Origin: Felis catus
Taxonomy: Eukaryota
Direction: 5' to 3'
Length of the DNA: 64,000 nucleotides
Assembly (NCBI RefSeq): GCF_018350175.1
Contig: NC_058382.1
Coordinates: 52,578,001 to 52,642,000 of the forward strand
Each line of letters starts with the position of its first letter. The first letter of the stretch is position 1. Below the pieces are notes generated by a model. That model worked only from the letters and a program-made list of their open reading frames with translations, was not told where the DNA came from and ran no database searches. Of this stretch, positions 25,006 through 37,920 are shown one piece after another. The translations under genes were made by a program, and so were the position numbers.

Positions 25006-27067
25006 TTTAACATTCACTCATTTCTGTTCGGCCCATCCAGTGCTCACTGAATACTTGGCCTTGCACCGGGCAGTGGCCTAGGCACGGCTTCAGGCCTTCA
25101 GGAGCTCATCATCCAAAGAGGCATCCAGCATCTCGTTAGGAGAGACAGACGTGAAGTCTTTCTATATACAATACAAGAAGTCTCTGTTCCAGATTTCTCA
25201 GCCCCAGGTCTCTGACTCCCAAAGCATTTATCGCTGCTCAGTTGCTGCTTCTGAAGCGAAGCCTTGTCCCCGTCACCACTGTATTTCCAGCCCCGAGCAC
25301 TGGGCCCTGCCCATAGTAGGTACTTACTAAGTATTTGTTCCACAAAGTCGTTCTGCGGTACCCATGCACTTTGTCTCAGTTCTTTTGATTATTCTCTTAA
25401 CTCGTCTGATTTTTGACTCATTTCTCCGATATTCAGTTCTGATATGCCCAAATCCTATCAGTCCGTACCATACTGTAGAGCTGTTTCCCCTCGTTCTAAT
25501 TGTCCTGCAAAGTCCTCGGTGGCCTACGTGGGATTGTGCAGACCCTGGCACCCCAAGGCTCGGGTCTGTTTCCTCTACCACCTTTGAGCCAGAGAAGCCC
25601 TTCTCTCCCTCCGCCTCCCATGCATTGTGGGCTGGGACGTGCGTTTGGGCGTCTGCCCAGATTGTGCTTGGAGTGGCACCAGCTGCACAGGATATGTGAA
25701 ATATCTGCTCCAAAGGGTCCAGGAGTGGCACCGGGAGTGGAATCAGCTGGTGCTCCAGGATAAAAATCATTTCGCCATCTTTGCTGAAAAGTCAGTGTGC
25801 TCCTCCTGCACTCAGCAGTTTATGGGGGTGCCATGTTGTTTTCAGTCTTCCGGCCCTAGCCATTTTCCAGATGGGGCTGGGTGCTGTTAGACAGCTCCAT
25901 GCTCCTGCCAAAAAGAGTCGTTTCCTTGGGGCGGGAGGCCACCCCCCCAAGCCTAGCCGGCATTGCCTTTCAGTGAGCATACTGGAACTTGGCAAGTCCC
26001 GATTTCTTTGGGAGCTTGACCCGGGATGCCTGCTCCTCCAGCCCCACTTGGAAGGCGTTCTTGTCCTCTTGGTGGAAGGGAATTCATCCTTGTGGGGAGG
26101 TGCCCCTTCTGGAGTGGGTTTGGAGGGTCACAGCTGCCTCTGCCCAAACCAGTTACCTGCTTCTCCAGAAATTGCATCCCCTTCCTCCACCCTCCTGCGT
26201 GGCCATCCCTCTCTTCTATCCTTCCATCCTGCGGGTAGCAGGGTGGGTTTGAAAGCTGTGCTGTCTGTTTCGATTCCTGGCTCCCCCGCATTACCCGTGT
26301 TTAACCTCAGACAAACCGCTTGAGTCTCTTTAAGCCTCAGTGCCCGCAACTGCAAAATGGGTGAGGTTGTGAGGGTTTGAAGCTGTGATGTGAGGGCGCT
26401 TAGCATGGTGGTGAACACTCTCCGTGTGTCTGATCTCGCGCTGTTGTTCATCGCAGAGATCTGTTGGGCTTACTGTGGGTTTAGCAGCATCCTTAAAGAA
26501 TATCCTTTCACAGGTGAGCAAGTGTTGAAGTGTGTAAGTTGTGCCTTTAGGGCGTAGATACCTGCATGCTGAGATGTATAAACACCGAAGGCTCTAAGGA
26601 AGAGGGGGATCAAGCAAAGGGGAGCTTTAGTGAATTCACTCTGGCAGTTGCACCAAGGAGAGAAACGACAGGCAAAAATCATCACCTCGGTAGGAGACAC
26701 TTGCATTTTTCACAAGCTTCTGGGTAAGGGCAAGCCACAGGTCCTGTGGACCCCACCGGGAGTAGTGTTGCACTAGACCATGCCCTGAATGCTTCTGCTG
26801 TGACCCACCAGCCCGCCCAGGGATTCACCTGCACTGGCTGCAGAGGACGCCTCCCAGCCCGCCTTCTGCCTGATGCACCTCTCCCATCGGTCCTGCTGTT
26901 CTTCTTGGTCTTTTGTTACTTCTGTTCTGCATGGAGCTCTCTGCTGGTCACCAGTTGGAGGTATTTTTTTCTTGCCATCGTTGTTCAGACATTTCACATC
27001 TCCAGGACTTTTCGTTCTAAGCCTTTCCATGGTGGGTGACAACCGAAGGCCAGAGGTTTGCCAAATT

Positions 27068-27091
27068 CGCGCGCGCGCGCGCGCACACACA

Positions 27092-27154
<63 letters not shown>
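27068..27154. repeat. (CG)8(CA)n compound microsatellite
   Basis: 87 nt of uninterrupted purine/pyrimidine alternation. Confidence 0.98.
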
Positions 27155-27156
<2 letters not shown>

Positions 27157-27529
27157 CATGACGGTTTATGGGGTGGGTGCTGCCCGGCCAACCTCCCCAT
27201 GCCAGGTGCAGGAGATTAGACAGGCTACATGCCTTCCCCCAGGCTATTTCCAGGCTATTCTAAAAAGGATTCCACCAGATAAACTTGAATCACTGGGGGA
27301 CTGGCAGAAAGCCCTCTTCTTCTTGCTCTCCTCCCAGCCATATGCCAGCCTTATGAAAACACACAGAAGCTTCGTGAGTGAGCCGTCTCCAGAACTTGAA
27401 GATGAGGAATCTAATTAATCAAGTTCGTTAGAGTTCTTTCTAAAATGAGAGTAAACAGGCCCAGAGCAGGGGCCTGGCCAGCTCTCTCATGAGATAGGAC
27501 GTAGATTTTTATGCTTGTGCATATGGCCT

Positions 27530-28345
27530 TCGTTGGTTGTGGCGGTAAAATACACACAACCCAAGAATTTCATTTCACCCATGGTTCAGTGTCTAAGACA
27601 GTGGCGTTAATTTTAGTCACTAAAGTTGTTGTATCACCACTATCTTTTTTTTTATCATCCCAAACATAAACTCTGTACCCATGGAACAAGAACCCCCCTT
27701 TCTCCACTCCTGGTGGTCCCCAGGAACCTCTCTGTCCATTGCTTCTATGCCTTTGTCTATCCTAGATGTCTCACGTAAGTGCAGTCACACAGTAGTGTCC
27801 TTCTGCGTCTGTTTTATTCCATTCTTGTGTTTCAGGTCTATCCAGGTGGTAGCATGTATCAAAATTTCATTCTTTTCATGGCTGAATGGTATTCCAGTGT
27901 ATGTCTTTATACCACGTTTTGTTAATCTGTTCATCTCCTGGCGGTTACTTGGATTGCTTCCACTTCAGGCCTATTGCGAATAATGTTGCTATTATCATCA
28001 AATACCCGTTTGAGTCCCTGCTTGCAACTCTTTGGCTCAGACACCTAGTAATGAAGTCTCCAGGTCACATGGGAGTTGTAGGCCTAACCTTCTGAGAAAC
28101 TGCCAAAGTGTTTTCCACACTTGTACCATTTCCCGTTCCCGCCAGCAAATGTCATTCTTCACACCCTCACCAACACTTGTTGTTTTCCTTTTGTTTTTTT
28201 TTTTTATGATAACCCTTCTTAATGGGAATTGAAGTGATAGCTCGTTGTGACTTTGATTTGCATTTCTGTAATGACCAATGATGTGGAACATCTTTTCACG
28301 TGTTCATGTGCCACGTGTGTCTCTTCCTTGAAGAAAGTCACATCC
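27530..28345 (-). mobile_element. L1M 3' end with decayed ORF2 C-terminus
   Basis: Minus-strand ORF peptides [24 protein letters not shown] and KTLWQFLRRL resemble L1 ORF2p; L1 3' UTR motifs follow. Confidence 0.9.
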
Positions 28346-29544
28346 ATTTTGGCAGTCGGGTGTTTTTTTTTTTTCTTGTTTTCTTTGGGTTTATGGCTAC
28401 ATTTCAGCACCGTGAGTTTCTACTGTGCTAATTTCTTCCAGTTCTGTTTAGAATGTGAGGTAAAAAGAAAATAGTAATTGGAATAGACAGTTGTTATTTA
28501 CATCAGGGGTTTGGTATCAAATACCCTTGTGCCCTTTCATTAGCTGTATTATATTCTTATTATGTGTTTTACTAGGTAATCGTCATTCTTGGCTTTGGGA
28601 TTTTGTAGCTTTTTCTTCTTGGTTTATTTTGTGAGCAGAGAAGGATGGCCAGTATGATTCCGAAGCATCGGGGCCACGGAAGAAAAACAATTGAAGGAGA
28701 ATGAAATTGTAAGCAAAGCAAAAAATGATAGATGAGTCAACAAGCAAAAAAAAAAAAAATCCTTTAGAGGTTTCTAATCTCCAAATAGTTTTTCTTTATA
28801 ATTTTCTGAGGTTATGAAATTAACTCAGGAGATTGGAGTGTAGTTCATTACTCTAATTGCTGAGCATTTTAATTATCAGGCGCATTTTATGCTTTCGCGA
28901 AATGCTCATTTCACAGCCTACTGGTAGGCCTTTTTGTAGAATGGGGAGGAGAGTATTCACACCAGAAATTGGGCGCTGACCCAGACAGGGCTCTCCAATC
29001 AAAGAGAAGGGAGAACGTCTGTGAGTAGGAAGCTAAGCTGTGCCACGGTGTCGTTGTGGTGCATTGTTTCCTTTCTGTCGTGATCAGAATAAAAACAGGC
29101 GCCCGAAGTTCCAGATTCCGTCCCACGATGCTTTCTTTCCTCCGTCTGTCCCTGCTCGTGTTGTTGCTGCTGTTTTTCTTTAAGAGAGTCATAGGGCAGC
29201 CCAGACCTTCGGCTCTGGCCTTGGGTAGTAAGGTATTTCAGTATTCCAAATAGTTGGAGGAAGGATGGGAGCAGTTCCTGGAAGTCGTGGAGGGTCTTCA
29301 AAGACACTGATGACGGACTGTTTCGTGCGTGCTTACTACATACCCGGCCCTGTTGGACGCCATGTGATGCCACGTGGGGGTCGGGGTCACTATCCGTCTC
29401 CTCCCTCCCTTCTTACCTACCCACCTACCAAGATTTATCGAGTGCCTAGAACACGTCAAGCACACAGCAGCAAACAAAGTTGTAAATATCAGCTGAGTCT
29501 TTAGTAAATGAGCAAGCACCGCAGTCTTTGCTTGCATTCTGTTA

Positions 29545-30105
29545 CCATGTCAGTCGCGATTCAGTCAGGAAACAAACTACCCAAGGATTTTAATGGGGAA
29601 AATTTAATACAAGTATCTAGTAACTACAATGAGGTATTATTGGCTACTACGGGAATGCAGTTTTGGAAGCCACCACTACCCCTGAGGGCTGAGGCAGCGC
29701 AGGCAAGGGAGGAACAGATCAGAAAGAGGGGTTCCCACTCCCCAGGGCTGGGATCCAGCCACCATGGTCCACGGGATGTAGTTTTCCAAGACCACATGCA
29801 GGTGGGACTCACTAGGAGGGCTGACCTGCACGGTACCAGGGAAGGTCCCATATGGGAGGTGCCCTGCCGTGGAAGCTGCCGGAAATCAGCCACTAGTGCG
29901 GGTGATGTGCCAGGAAGTTGCCCTGGGTGGGGGTAGGAGTAGGCTCCCCACGGGGAGGGTGCTTCCACAGAAACGTTCTTTCAGTGTCTCTCCCGCGCCC
30001 TCTACTGGTGAAGCCTTACATGGTGCCCCGTGGCCACAAGCAGGGCCATGGTGGCTGAGTTTGGGGCTGGGAGGTAACCAAACCCTGGAAGACTGGCACA
30101 GGGGC
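29545..30105 (-). mobile_element. Probable ancient ERVL-type LTR
   Basis: Starts tgtcagtc...ttcagtcaggaaaca...aatttaataca, resembling old LTR ends in antisense. Confidence 0.4.
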
Positions 30106-30109
30106 TAAT

Positions 30110-30710
30110 AAGTAGAGTGGGAAGCCTAAGGAGGTTTGAGGGGCTGTTTTACAGAGAATGTTCAGGGAAGGCCTTTCTGGAAAGGTGGTGTTTGAGCAGA
30201 GGCCTGAGGAAGGAAGTCGTAGCTGCCGGCAGAGCATTCCAGGCAGAGGGAACAGCAGATGCAAAGGCCGTGAGGTCAGAGCTGGCATGGCGTGTTCAAA
30301 GAACAGCAAGGAAGCCAGCTGCAGCCCAGTGGGTGCGGGTGAAGGGAAGAGAGGCTAAGAGAGGTGTCTTGAGCAGAGATGCGCCATGAACTGACTTGCA
30401 CTTTGAAAGGATCACCCTGGCTGCTGTGTCGCGAGTAGATCGGTGGGCGGGCGGTGAGGACAGAAGCAGTGACCCAGTGAGCCAGCTACTGTAGTAATCC
30501 AAGGGACAGATGAAGGGATGAAGGTGGCCTGGGTCAGAAATAGCAATGACGGCCTTGACAAGGGGTCAGAGGCTGGCGACAGTCGTGGGGGGGGGGTGCA
30601 CTTTTTCTAATGGATTGGAAGCAGAATGGAGAGAGAGGAAAGCATCCAGCATGTCTGTACGACCTTGGCCTTGAGTGACTAAATGAATGTAGTTGCCACC
30701 AAAACATTTG
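30110..30710 (-). mobile_element. L2 fragment
   Basis: agagcattccaggcagagggaacagcagatgcaaaggcc and aaaggatcaccctggctgctgtg. Confidence 0.9.
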
Positions 30711-30744
30711 CTTGAAGAACCTCAGCCCCCAACATAAATATATG

Positions 30745-30900
30745 TTCACAAGTGGTTCCCATTCCGTCTGGGGTGATGACAGAGTTTTCAGGATGGGGGA
30801 GGGGGGGCAGTGACAGCCGCGCAACGCCGTGGATGTAATTCACGCCACCGACTTGTGCCCCTAACGCTGGTTAAAATGGCAAATGTCACTTTTTAAAAAC
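30745..30900 (+). mobile_element. L1M 3' terminal fragment
   Basis: tggggtgatga...tggttaaaatggcaaat pattern of L1M 3' ends. Confidence 0.7.
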
Positions 30901-31113
30901 CTACCGCAAAGGAATATTACAGAAATGGTGCTGTTTCCTTTTCAGTGCATCTATCTCCTGAAGGGATTAACAGTGTACTTGTGTCATTGGTGATGTCCAT
31001 CCTGATCAGTCGGTCGGTGTGATGTCTGCTGGGTCCTCCATAAAGTTACTTTCTCTCCCTTTGTAGGTAATAAGTACTTTGAAGGAGATTTTATCAAGAA
31101 ATGGGCACCTCCT

Positions 31114-31354
31114 GGGGCGCCTGGGTGGTGCAGTCGGTTAAGCGTCCGACTTCAGCCAGGTCACGATCTCGCGGTCCGTGAGTTCGAGCCCCGCGTCAGG
31201 CTCTGGGCTGATGGCTCAGAGCCTGGAGCCTGTTTCCGATTCTGTGTCTCCCTCTCTCTCTGCCCCTCCCGCGTTCATGCTCTGTCTCTCTCTGTCCCAA
31301 AGATAAATAAACGTTAAAAAAATAAATAAAATAAATAAATAAAAAAAAATAAAG
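31114..31354 (+). mobile_element. Young felid Can-SINE (SINEC_Fc)
   Basis: Intact A/B-box head with CpGs retained, long A-rich tail, perfect 18-bp TSD aagaaatgggcacctcct (31096-31113 and 31355-31372). Confidence 0.98.
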
Positions 31355-32589
31355 AAGAAATGGGCACCTCCTAATGCCTCATGGCTATTACCATGGCTAC
31401 TCCTTATGGGCTCCGAACAGGTGGGAATTAGGCATGTTCTTAGCCTGTCTCCCAGGTGGGAAACAGAGGCCCCGTGGAGTTGGGTTACGTGCTCCAGGGA
31501 GCACAGCTCGCGAGCGGCCAGAGTGAGAACTCGACGAGAGCCCAGCTTTCCAGCTGCTGCGCTCAGGTGGTGTTCATCCTAAGCCCTGAGCACAGTGCCT
31601 GCACGCACGTTAGATGTATGTTACACGCGTGAGACGGAACCGGAACGTGTATTTTGTGAGTCCACGCCTCATGCCCTTTCCTCTACCACCTCGGCCTCTC
31701 GGTCTGTCATTCGTTAGCCCTGTGCCTCCCTCAGATTTCAGGAATGTCCAGCTGTTTCCTAGCATGGAATGAACTGTCCCACGGCCCCACCCTTGACCAA
31801 GTCATTGGCCGCAGACAGACACCAGAATTTGGCTCTCCTCGTGACATTCCTACCCCATTTCATACAATGGGACGGCGGGGTACTTTGTCCTTCACGTTAG
31901 CTGAAGTTTTATGATACTGTGTTTATGGGAAAATGCTGTTACTATTCTTAGGCCAGTGGCGGTTCTCACTTATTCATAGCTCCGCGCTTGTGGGTGGAAG
32001 GAGAAGTTATAATAGAGTGCAGGTGCCTCTCATTGTTTTCCGCTGCTCACTGGATAGTGTTTATTAAAAAGGAAATCACAGTGGTGTGTCTGGAGCTGAA
32101 GTCTGAACAAATAACCCAAAACGAGGAGTCCCAGGAAGGTGGGCAGAGGCGACAACAAAGAAAAGCAAAAACAAGTTTGAGCTAATTGGGATCAGGCAGT
32201 ATTTTGCGCGTGAATTATGAATAGGGAGCTTGGCAGCCAAATAATTATTGTATTCAACCTTTGTCGGCGTACTTCACATACTTTTACACAAAATCCAGAA
32301 TCTGAATTTAACACATTTTATCCAGGCCTCTCATGGAATTTGAAAACCTAATTCTGAAAGCATGCGGCTGAAATGAGATCCTTTCAAAACCTTTAAAACT
32401 GTGCGTGGCCATGTTGGTGTCCACACGCACATCCCCCTTAATTTGTTCTCGTTTCTCAAAATAAGCCATTCCACATTCTCCGAAAAGAAGGGCTGGGGAT
32501 TTCAATTCAAAACAAGTTCTAAATCATGACAGGCACTGGAATCCATGCCGCCATGTCTGTAAGCTCTTCGGCCAGTTTGTTGAGAAACC

Positions 32590-32591
<2 letters not shown>

Positions 32592-32634
<43 letters not shown>
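32592..32634. repeat. (TG)n microsatellite
   Basis: Seen directly. Confidence 0.98.
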
Positions 32635-32636
<2 letters not shown>

Positions 32637-34788
32637 ACATGCACAGGTGTACATGCTGTAGAAAAAGGCAGTTCTTAGTACATGGCATTGTTCTGGACTG
32701 TGAGATACCCCCAGGAGACTGTGCTTCCTACCACATAGACATCCAACAAATCTGTTTCCTCATTCAGCAAATATTTACTGCAGAGTACAAAGATAAATTG
32801 AATGTCACCCTTGCTCGTAAGCACTCACGGTCTTCAGAGGGAGACAGGCCCATGTACAACTAAATAGAATGCTGGGGTCATGCGCTGTAGCAGGCAAAGG
32901 AGTAGAGCATGGAGAGATCAATGCCTCCAGCATTGATAGGGAGTTGGGGAAGACTTGACACAGGCGGCCACATTCCAAGTATGCCAGGAAGATAAATGGA
33001 TTTTTGTTCCAATCAGAGAAGGGAGGGAAAGGGCTCTGCAGGCAGAGACGAGCACGTGGGCCAGCCTAGGGAGCCTGGGTACATGGGACACTTCCAGGGT
33101 ACGGCATATCGTCTTCATAGCTAACCTATCAGGTTCCCGTGGGGAGAAGAGCTCCAGGTGACACTGGAAAGATAGATGGTGACACATCACATCCCTCACC
33201 TGAGACAGTGGGGAGCCATCTCGGGCTTCGGGGAAGAGTTGTGGCCTGATGGCCGACTCCCTCCATCAAACCTGGTCGTGTTTTCGGAAGTATCTCGTCT
33301 TGAAGTACCTCAATTCCTCTTGCTTCCCCAGCTCCCTGCCTCTCTCCTGCCTGTTCAGCGAACTGAAAGATATCGGAACTATATTCAGCCCTCTCCAGTA
33401 AGATCATGAAACAAAAATATCTCATGGCTTTGCAACTTATGGGTGTTTTGACTGTTCAGGGCAAAGTCTTTGAGACTCGCAGTTGTCATCCCCCTGTGGA
33501 GCTCTCTGGCAGCTTTTGATGAGTAAACCTGGGCCTGACTTTTACCCCAAAGTGATGATCTTTTGTGGCTTGTCTGCTCCAAGAATTGAAATACCCAGAC
33601 TCATTCCTCATCTCTTGTTGAAACAGAGAAGTCACTGCGGCACCCTCCAGGGGGTCAAGGACATACACGGGTTTTGAGACTGCTCACACCTAGAGCCTGG
33701 GAGGGGTGTAGCCTCCACCCTCTGCTCCAACCAGGAGGAGCGGCTTCCGGTGGCTCAGACGTGAGCCTTAGCAATATGGTGCCATCCGGCACCACTCGCT
33801 GTGTGGACGTCTACCGAGTTGGGTATTATGATAAGCAGGGTTGCTTTCCCTCCTTACCCCTACCCTTTATTTTTCTAGCCAATAGAGCATTGGGATTTGG
33901 TCTTCTGCTTTGTGCTGAACCATGAGTGGGCACGCACCTCCCTTTTGTTCTGGTCTCGTCGGGCCTTGGTGCCTAACACCAGGAGCCTCTGCAGGAGCCT
34001 GAGTGAGTCTTCCTGACGCAAGGTCGGTGGGTAGCCGTCACTACTCTAACCGCTGGACCGGCTGATGATGCTCCGTAGTTTCCTTATTTACTTTTCATGG
34101 GAGGACCCAGCTGTGCCCTCCAGATGGTCTTGGTCCTACAGGAGAGCATCATGGCTAATTCAGAAAACCTTATTCCAGCTTCCAATCTGACGGGACCCCG
34201 GGAAGTAAAGGGGAAGGAGGGGTTGTACAGAGGGATGGTGGCTTCAGAGAAATGATCCCACACCCCCAGTACAGCAACCTTTGTGTGTGAGAATTTGGGT
34301 AAGCAGCCACAGCACAGACTGTTTGCTTGACTCTCGTTGGACAGTAAGCACAGTGCATGGGACCCTGGCATCCAGGGCCAGGCGTCCCTGTGTTGAGTCT
34401 TGGCTGACTTGCTCACTGTGTGACCTGCAGCAATTCAGATCTCCTGTTTCTCAGTTTTCTCATCCATAAAATGGGCATTCCAGTAAGTATTACAAGGCAT
34501 AAAAGCATGCCTGGCCAATGGTACCTGGGAAATCTGGTCATATGACTTGTTGAGCACCTGTAGTGTGCTGTGCTAAGAAGTGGGATCTTTATGAATCGAA
34601 CAGATTTGGATGCAGTGTGGGTGTTTATCTCACCAAATCCTATTTTTTACACAGTGTGTGTGCTTTCAAATTTTACGTGACACTTTAAGACAGGTGGGAA
34701 GAAAATAGGGAAAATTGGGAGTGAAGGTAAGGTTAGGAAAGTCTCCGTGGGTATTTCATAAGGACCATTGTTTCTGGGGTTTGGAACC

Positions 34789-34995
34789 CAGCATGGGTTC
34801 AAACAGGACTTTCTGCACTGATGGAGATGTTCTCCATCTCCATTGTCCAGTCCTATACCTACAGGTGACTCTTCAACCCATGGAATGTGGCTGGTGTGAC
34901 TGAGGGGCTGAAGCTTTAATTTAAATTAGTTCCCTTTAGATAATTTAAGTAGCCACCCGTGGCTGGTGGCGGTCATACCGGGCGGCACGGCTGAA
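34789..34995. mobile_element. MER3-like hAT-Charlie MITE
   Basis: actttctgcactgatggagatgttct...aatgtggctggtgtgactgagg...tagccacccgtggctggtggc. Confidence 0.8.
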
Positions 34996-36469
34996 CACTG
35001 GAAATACAGACCTAAAAGGACACCCTGCCTGCCCATAAGGAGTTCCTGGTCACCCTGGGAGCTGCCATTTACAAGGATAGAGTGTGGTATGATAAGCATT
35101 GGGACGGAGACACGCGCAAGGTGCGGGGAAGGCAGGGCAAAGTAGGATCTCATGTTGCCAGGCTAGTCAAGGATGACTTCACAGAAGACTCTAGCGCAGT
35201 ACGATGCCCTCTTCCTGAAGACCTCCACTGAGGAGAGAATCGTCGTTTTGCAAGTGCCGATTAGGTGCCCGATATTGGGACACGTTCTATAGATGCTGTC
35301 ACATTTACTGTTACGATTCCTTTGCCACCCATTCCACGGATGGGAAGTCTGAGATTCAAATCGGTGATGGCCCCCCCACCCCCCGCTGTCCGGTCACACA
35401 GCTTAGGGTACAGTTAAATCAAGCTTTGCCTGACTCCTGAGCCCCCCCGGGCAGCCTGTTTCTTGATTTACCCTCCGTGCCCTCCATTTCCTTCCTTGGA
35501 TTCCTTACAGTGTTTTCTGGTGATCGGTGGCCACTGATACGCCCCTATCTGTCCACACTTTGACTGGTGCCAGATTTCACATAACTGGCTTCCTGTTCAG
35601 CAAGGAATGAGGTGACAGCAAGAGCACCAAGTAATAAATACAGCGGTATTTACATAATGTCGGACCTCCATGTGATTGATGTGTGTGTTGTTGACGAGGG
35701 TGTCACATGTTCGTGCTCTGATCCTGGTCTCAGTATGACTGTGAGGACGGGGCCAAGTCATTTCACAATTTGGGTGAGTGTTCCAAGCTTCTCAGAAGAC
35801 CAACGCAATAGAAATTCAAGGTATGAAATTCAGGGTGCGGCCCCAGAGTCATTTTATTTAACAACTTCTACGCTGTGTTTTTTTCAATATGTCAAATGAG
35901 AACATCACTCCCCTTCTACCCACCCCCCACCCCCACCACATCGTGAGTGTTGAAGGAAGGTTTACAAGTTGGTTTGAAGGAAGACTTCTCTTGAAAAGCT
36001 GTATGGCCGCGCCACTCACTTTTCTCAGCCCTGAGCTAGTTGAGTCCTGTTCATTGGAAGGAGCCACATTTTCTGGCTCATAAACCCTGGCGCCTCTTCT
36101 CAGCTCCAGGGCAACCCTTCCAGGAAACACCCACAGTTACCCAGCAGTGTGCAGTTCCCGCACGGTGGCACTTGACAGGGATACAATGTCCACCCCCCCC
36201 CCTTGGCAGTCAACCCACTTGACTCCTTCCAAATCCTTCTTCAGATTCTAGCCATCTTGGAGGTTTGACAGATCTGAAATTAAACCAATGAGCTCATTCT
36301 ACTTGTGGGATATTCTACCTGGAAGGGAATCACGGAGATCACAGTATCACCTAAAATGATCTCTTCACATAGCCCACCAGTGGCAAACACGAATGAGGCT
36401 CCAGCCCATGTCATTTTTTAAAACTGAGCTACGAAGGCCCAGAAAAGGATGCTGTTGCTACGGCTGAGG

Positions 36470-36700
36470 AAGGCTAACATTAGTTGTTTGCTCTGTACGA
36501 GGCTCTGTGCTCAGCACTTTGCATAGATTATTTAATCCAAACAGGTCTATGAATAGAGTGTAGTATTATCTCCATTTTAAGGATGAGGAAACCAAAGCTC
36601 AGAGAATTTTAGCAGATAGCCCTTGTTCATGCAACTAGGACATGATGGAGCTGGGGATGACACACAGTTGGTCTGACCCACGAGCCTGTTCTCCTAACTA
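36470..36700 (-). mobile_element. MIR
   Basis: tattatctccattttaaggatgaggaaaccaaagctcagaga core. Confidence 0.85.
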
Positions 36701-37294
36701 GGATATAAGAGCCATTCTTGTCCCATGCAATGGGTGGGTGGCAGGGGTGGGACCTAGCCTGGGGGGCCTCTGTTGGACCATCTCTGGCCCCATGGAAGGG
36801 GTGGGGAAGGATAAGGGCCTTTGGAACTGACTGGTATAAGAAATACCAGCTCTGCCCTTCTCCTGTAGATTAAAAGGGAGGCTCTGGATTGCAGCACCAG
36901 GCAATAATGGGAAGCCACTGGACCAAGCCTTTTGGAGTCTGATTGCATATCAGACTCAAATCTGATATCAGTGTCTATGGCCAGGAGGAGCTCAATAATC
37001 TTGCTGTTGTTTTTGTTGTTGTTGAAGTGAACTAATGCTGTAGCCAGTGTTCTGGGTATTTCAAGTCCCTATCAGGCTCCTGGGGTCCCATGGTCCTGAA
37101 CCCGGGGGCAAGGCACTTCTTACCTGCATCTCCTCCTTCTCTCAATTTCCTCTAGCTTTTGAAGCTTGTTGGGGCTTTCTTCCCCTCCCAAGATAAGACA
37201 CAACATCCTTCTCTTAACATTTCTGGAGGTTGGGCGCCAGGGAAGGGGGATCCAAGGGTGCCTGCCTTACCTAGCTCAAGAAGCTAAGGCCACA

Positions 37295-37920
37295 CCCATT
37301 CATTCATGAATTAACTGGTTCATTCATTCACTGATTGATTGAATGATTGATTCATTAAGCTGTCTTTTGGATGCTTTGCTGAGCTAAGTACTGGAAAAAA
37401 TAGTACACAAGTCAAAAACAAAGGGTCCTTGCCTTAGGGGGACTTCCAAGACCTAGGAGGAAGAAGCCAATAAGTAAACAAGTAAAGATGCAAGACACAT
37501 CGAGACTGTGAGGAGAGCAATAAACAAATCAAAAGTCCTTGCGGTATCAGATGGAGGGGAGAAGGAAAGTCAGGGAAGACCTCTTTCAGGTGATATTTCA
37601 ACTGCAGGCCTAGCAATGAAAAAGAGCCTGCAGTTGGAGGGACTGAATGACAGTGAACATTCCAGGCAAGGTGAGCCAAAGTGCCAAGGCCCTGAGGCCA
37701 AAAGGAGCTTGGACAAGGTGAGCCGGAGCAAAAAAGGGCCCACGTGGCTGAAGTAGCATGGGATGGGAAAGCACAGTGTAACCAGCTAGGACTTTATTCT
37801 AAAGGAATAAAGGAAGCCACTGAAGAGTTTTAAGCAGCGGAGTGACAGGATCCAAGGACATGTGTCAAAAGATCTGTCTGCCTTAGGGAGTGTGAGTTTA
37901 GAGGGTGATAGAGGAAGTGC
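37295..37920 (-). mobile_element. L2 3' fragment
   Basis: (attc)n tail; cattccaggcaag...gtgccaaggccctgaggc; ggaagccactgaagagttttaagcag. Confidence 0.85.

Noticed and set aside
25327..26323. Cluster of 110-180 aa overlapping ORFs
   Set aside because: No recognisable homology or exon structure; consistent with chance in GC-rich DNA
26873..27418. 181-aa ORF with His-Thr repeat
   Set aside because: Reads through the (CG)(CA) microsatellite; no domain
31114..31200. tRNA-like A/B-box sequence
   Set aside because: Head of a tRNA-derived Can-SINE, not a tRNA gene; the same applies to all SINE copies
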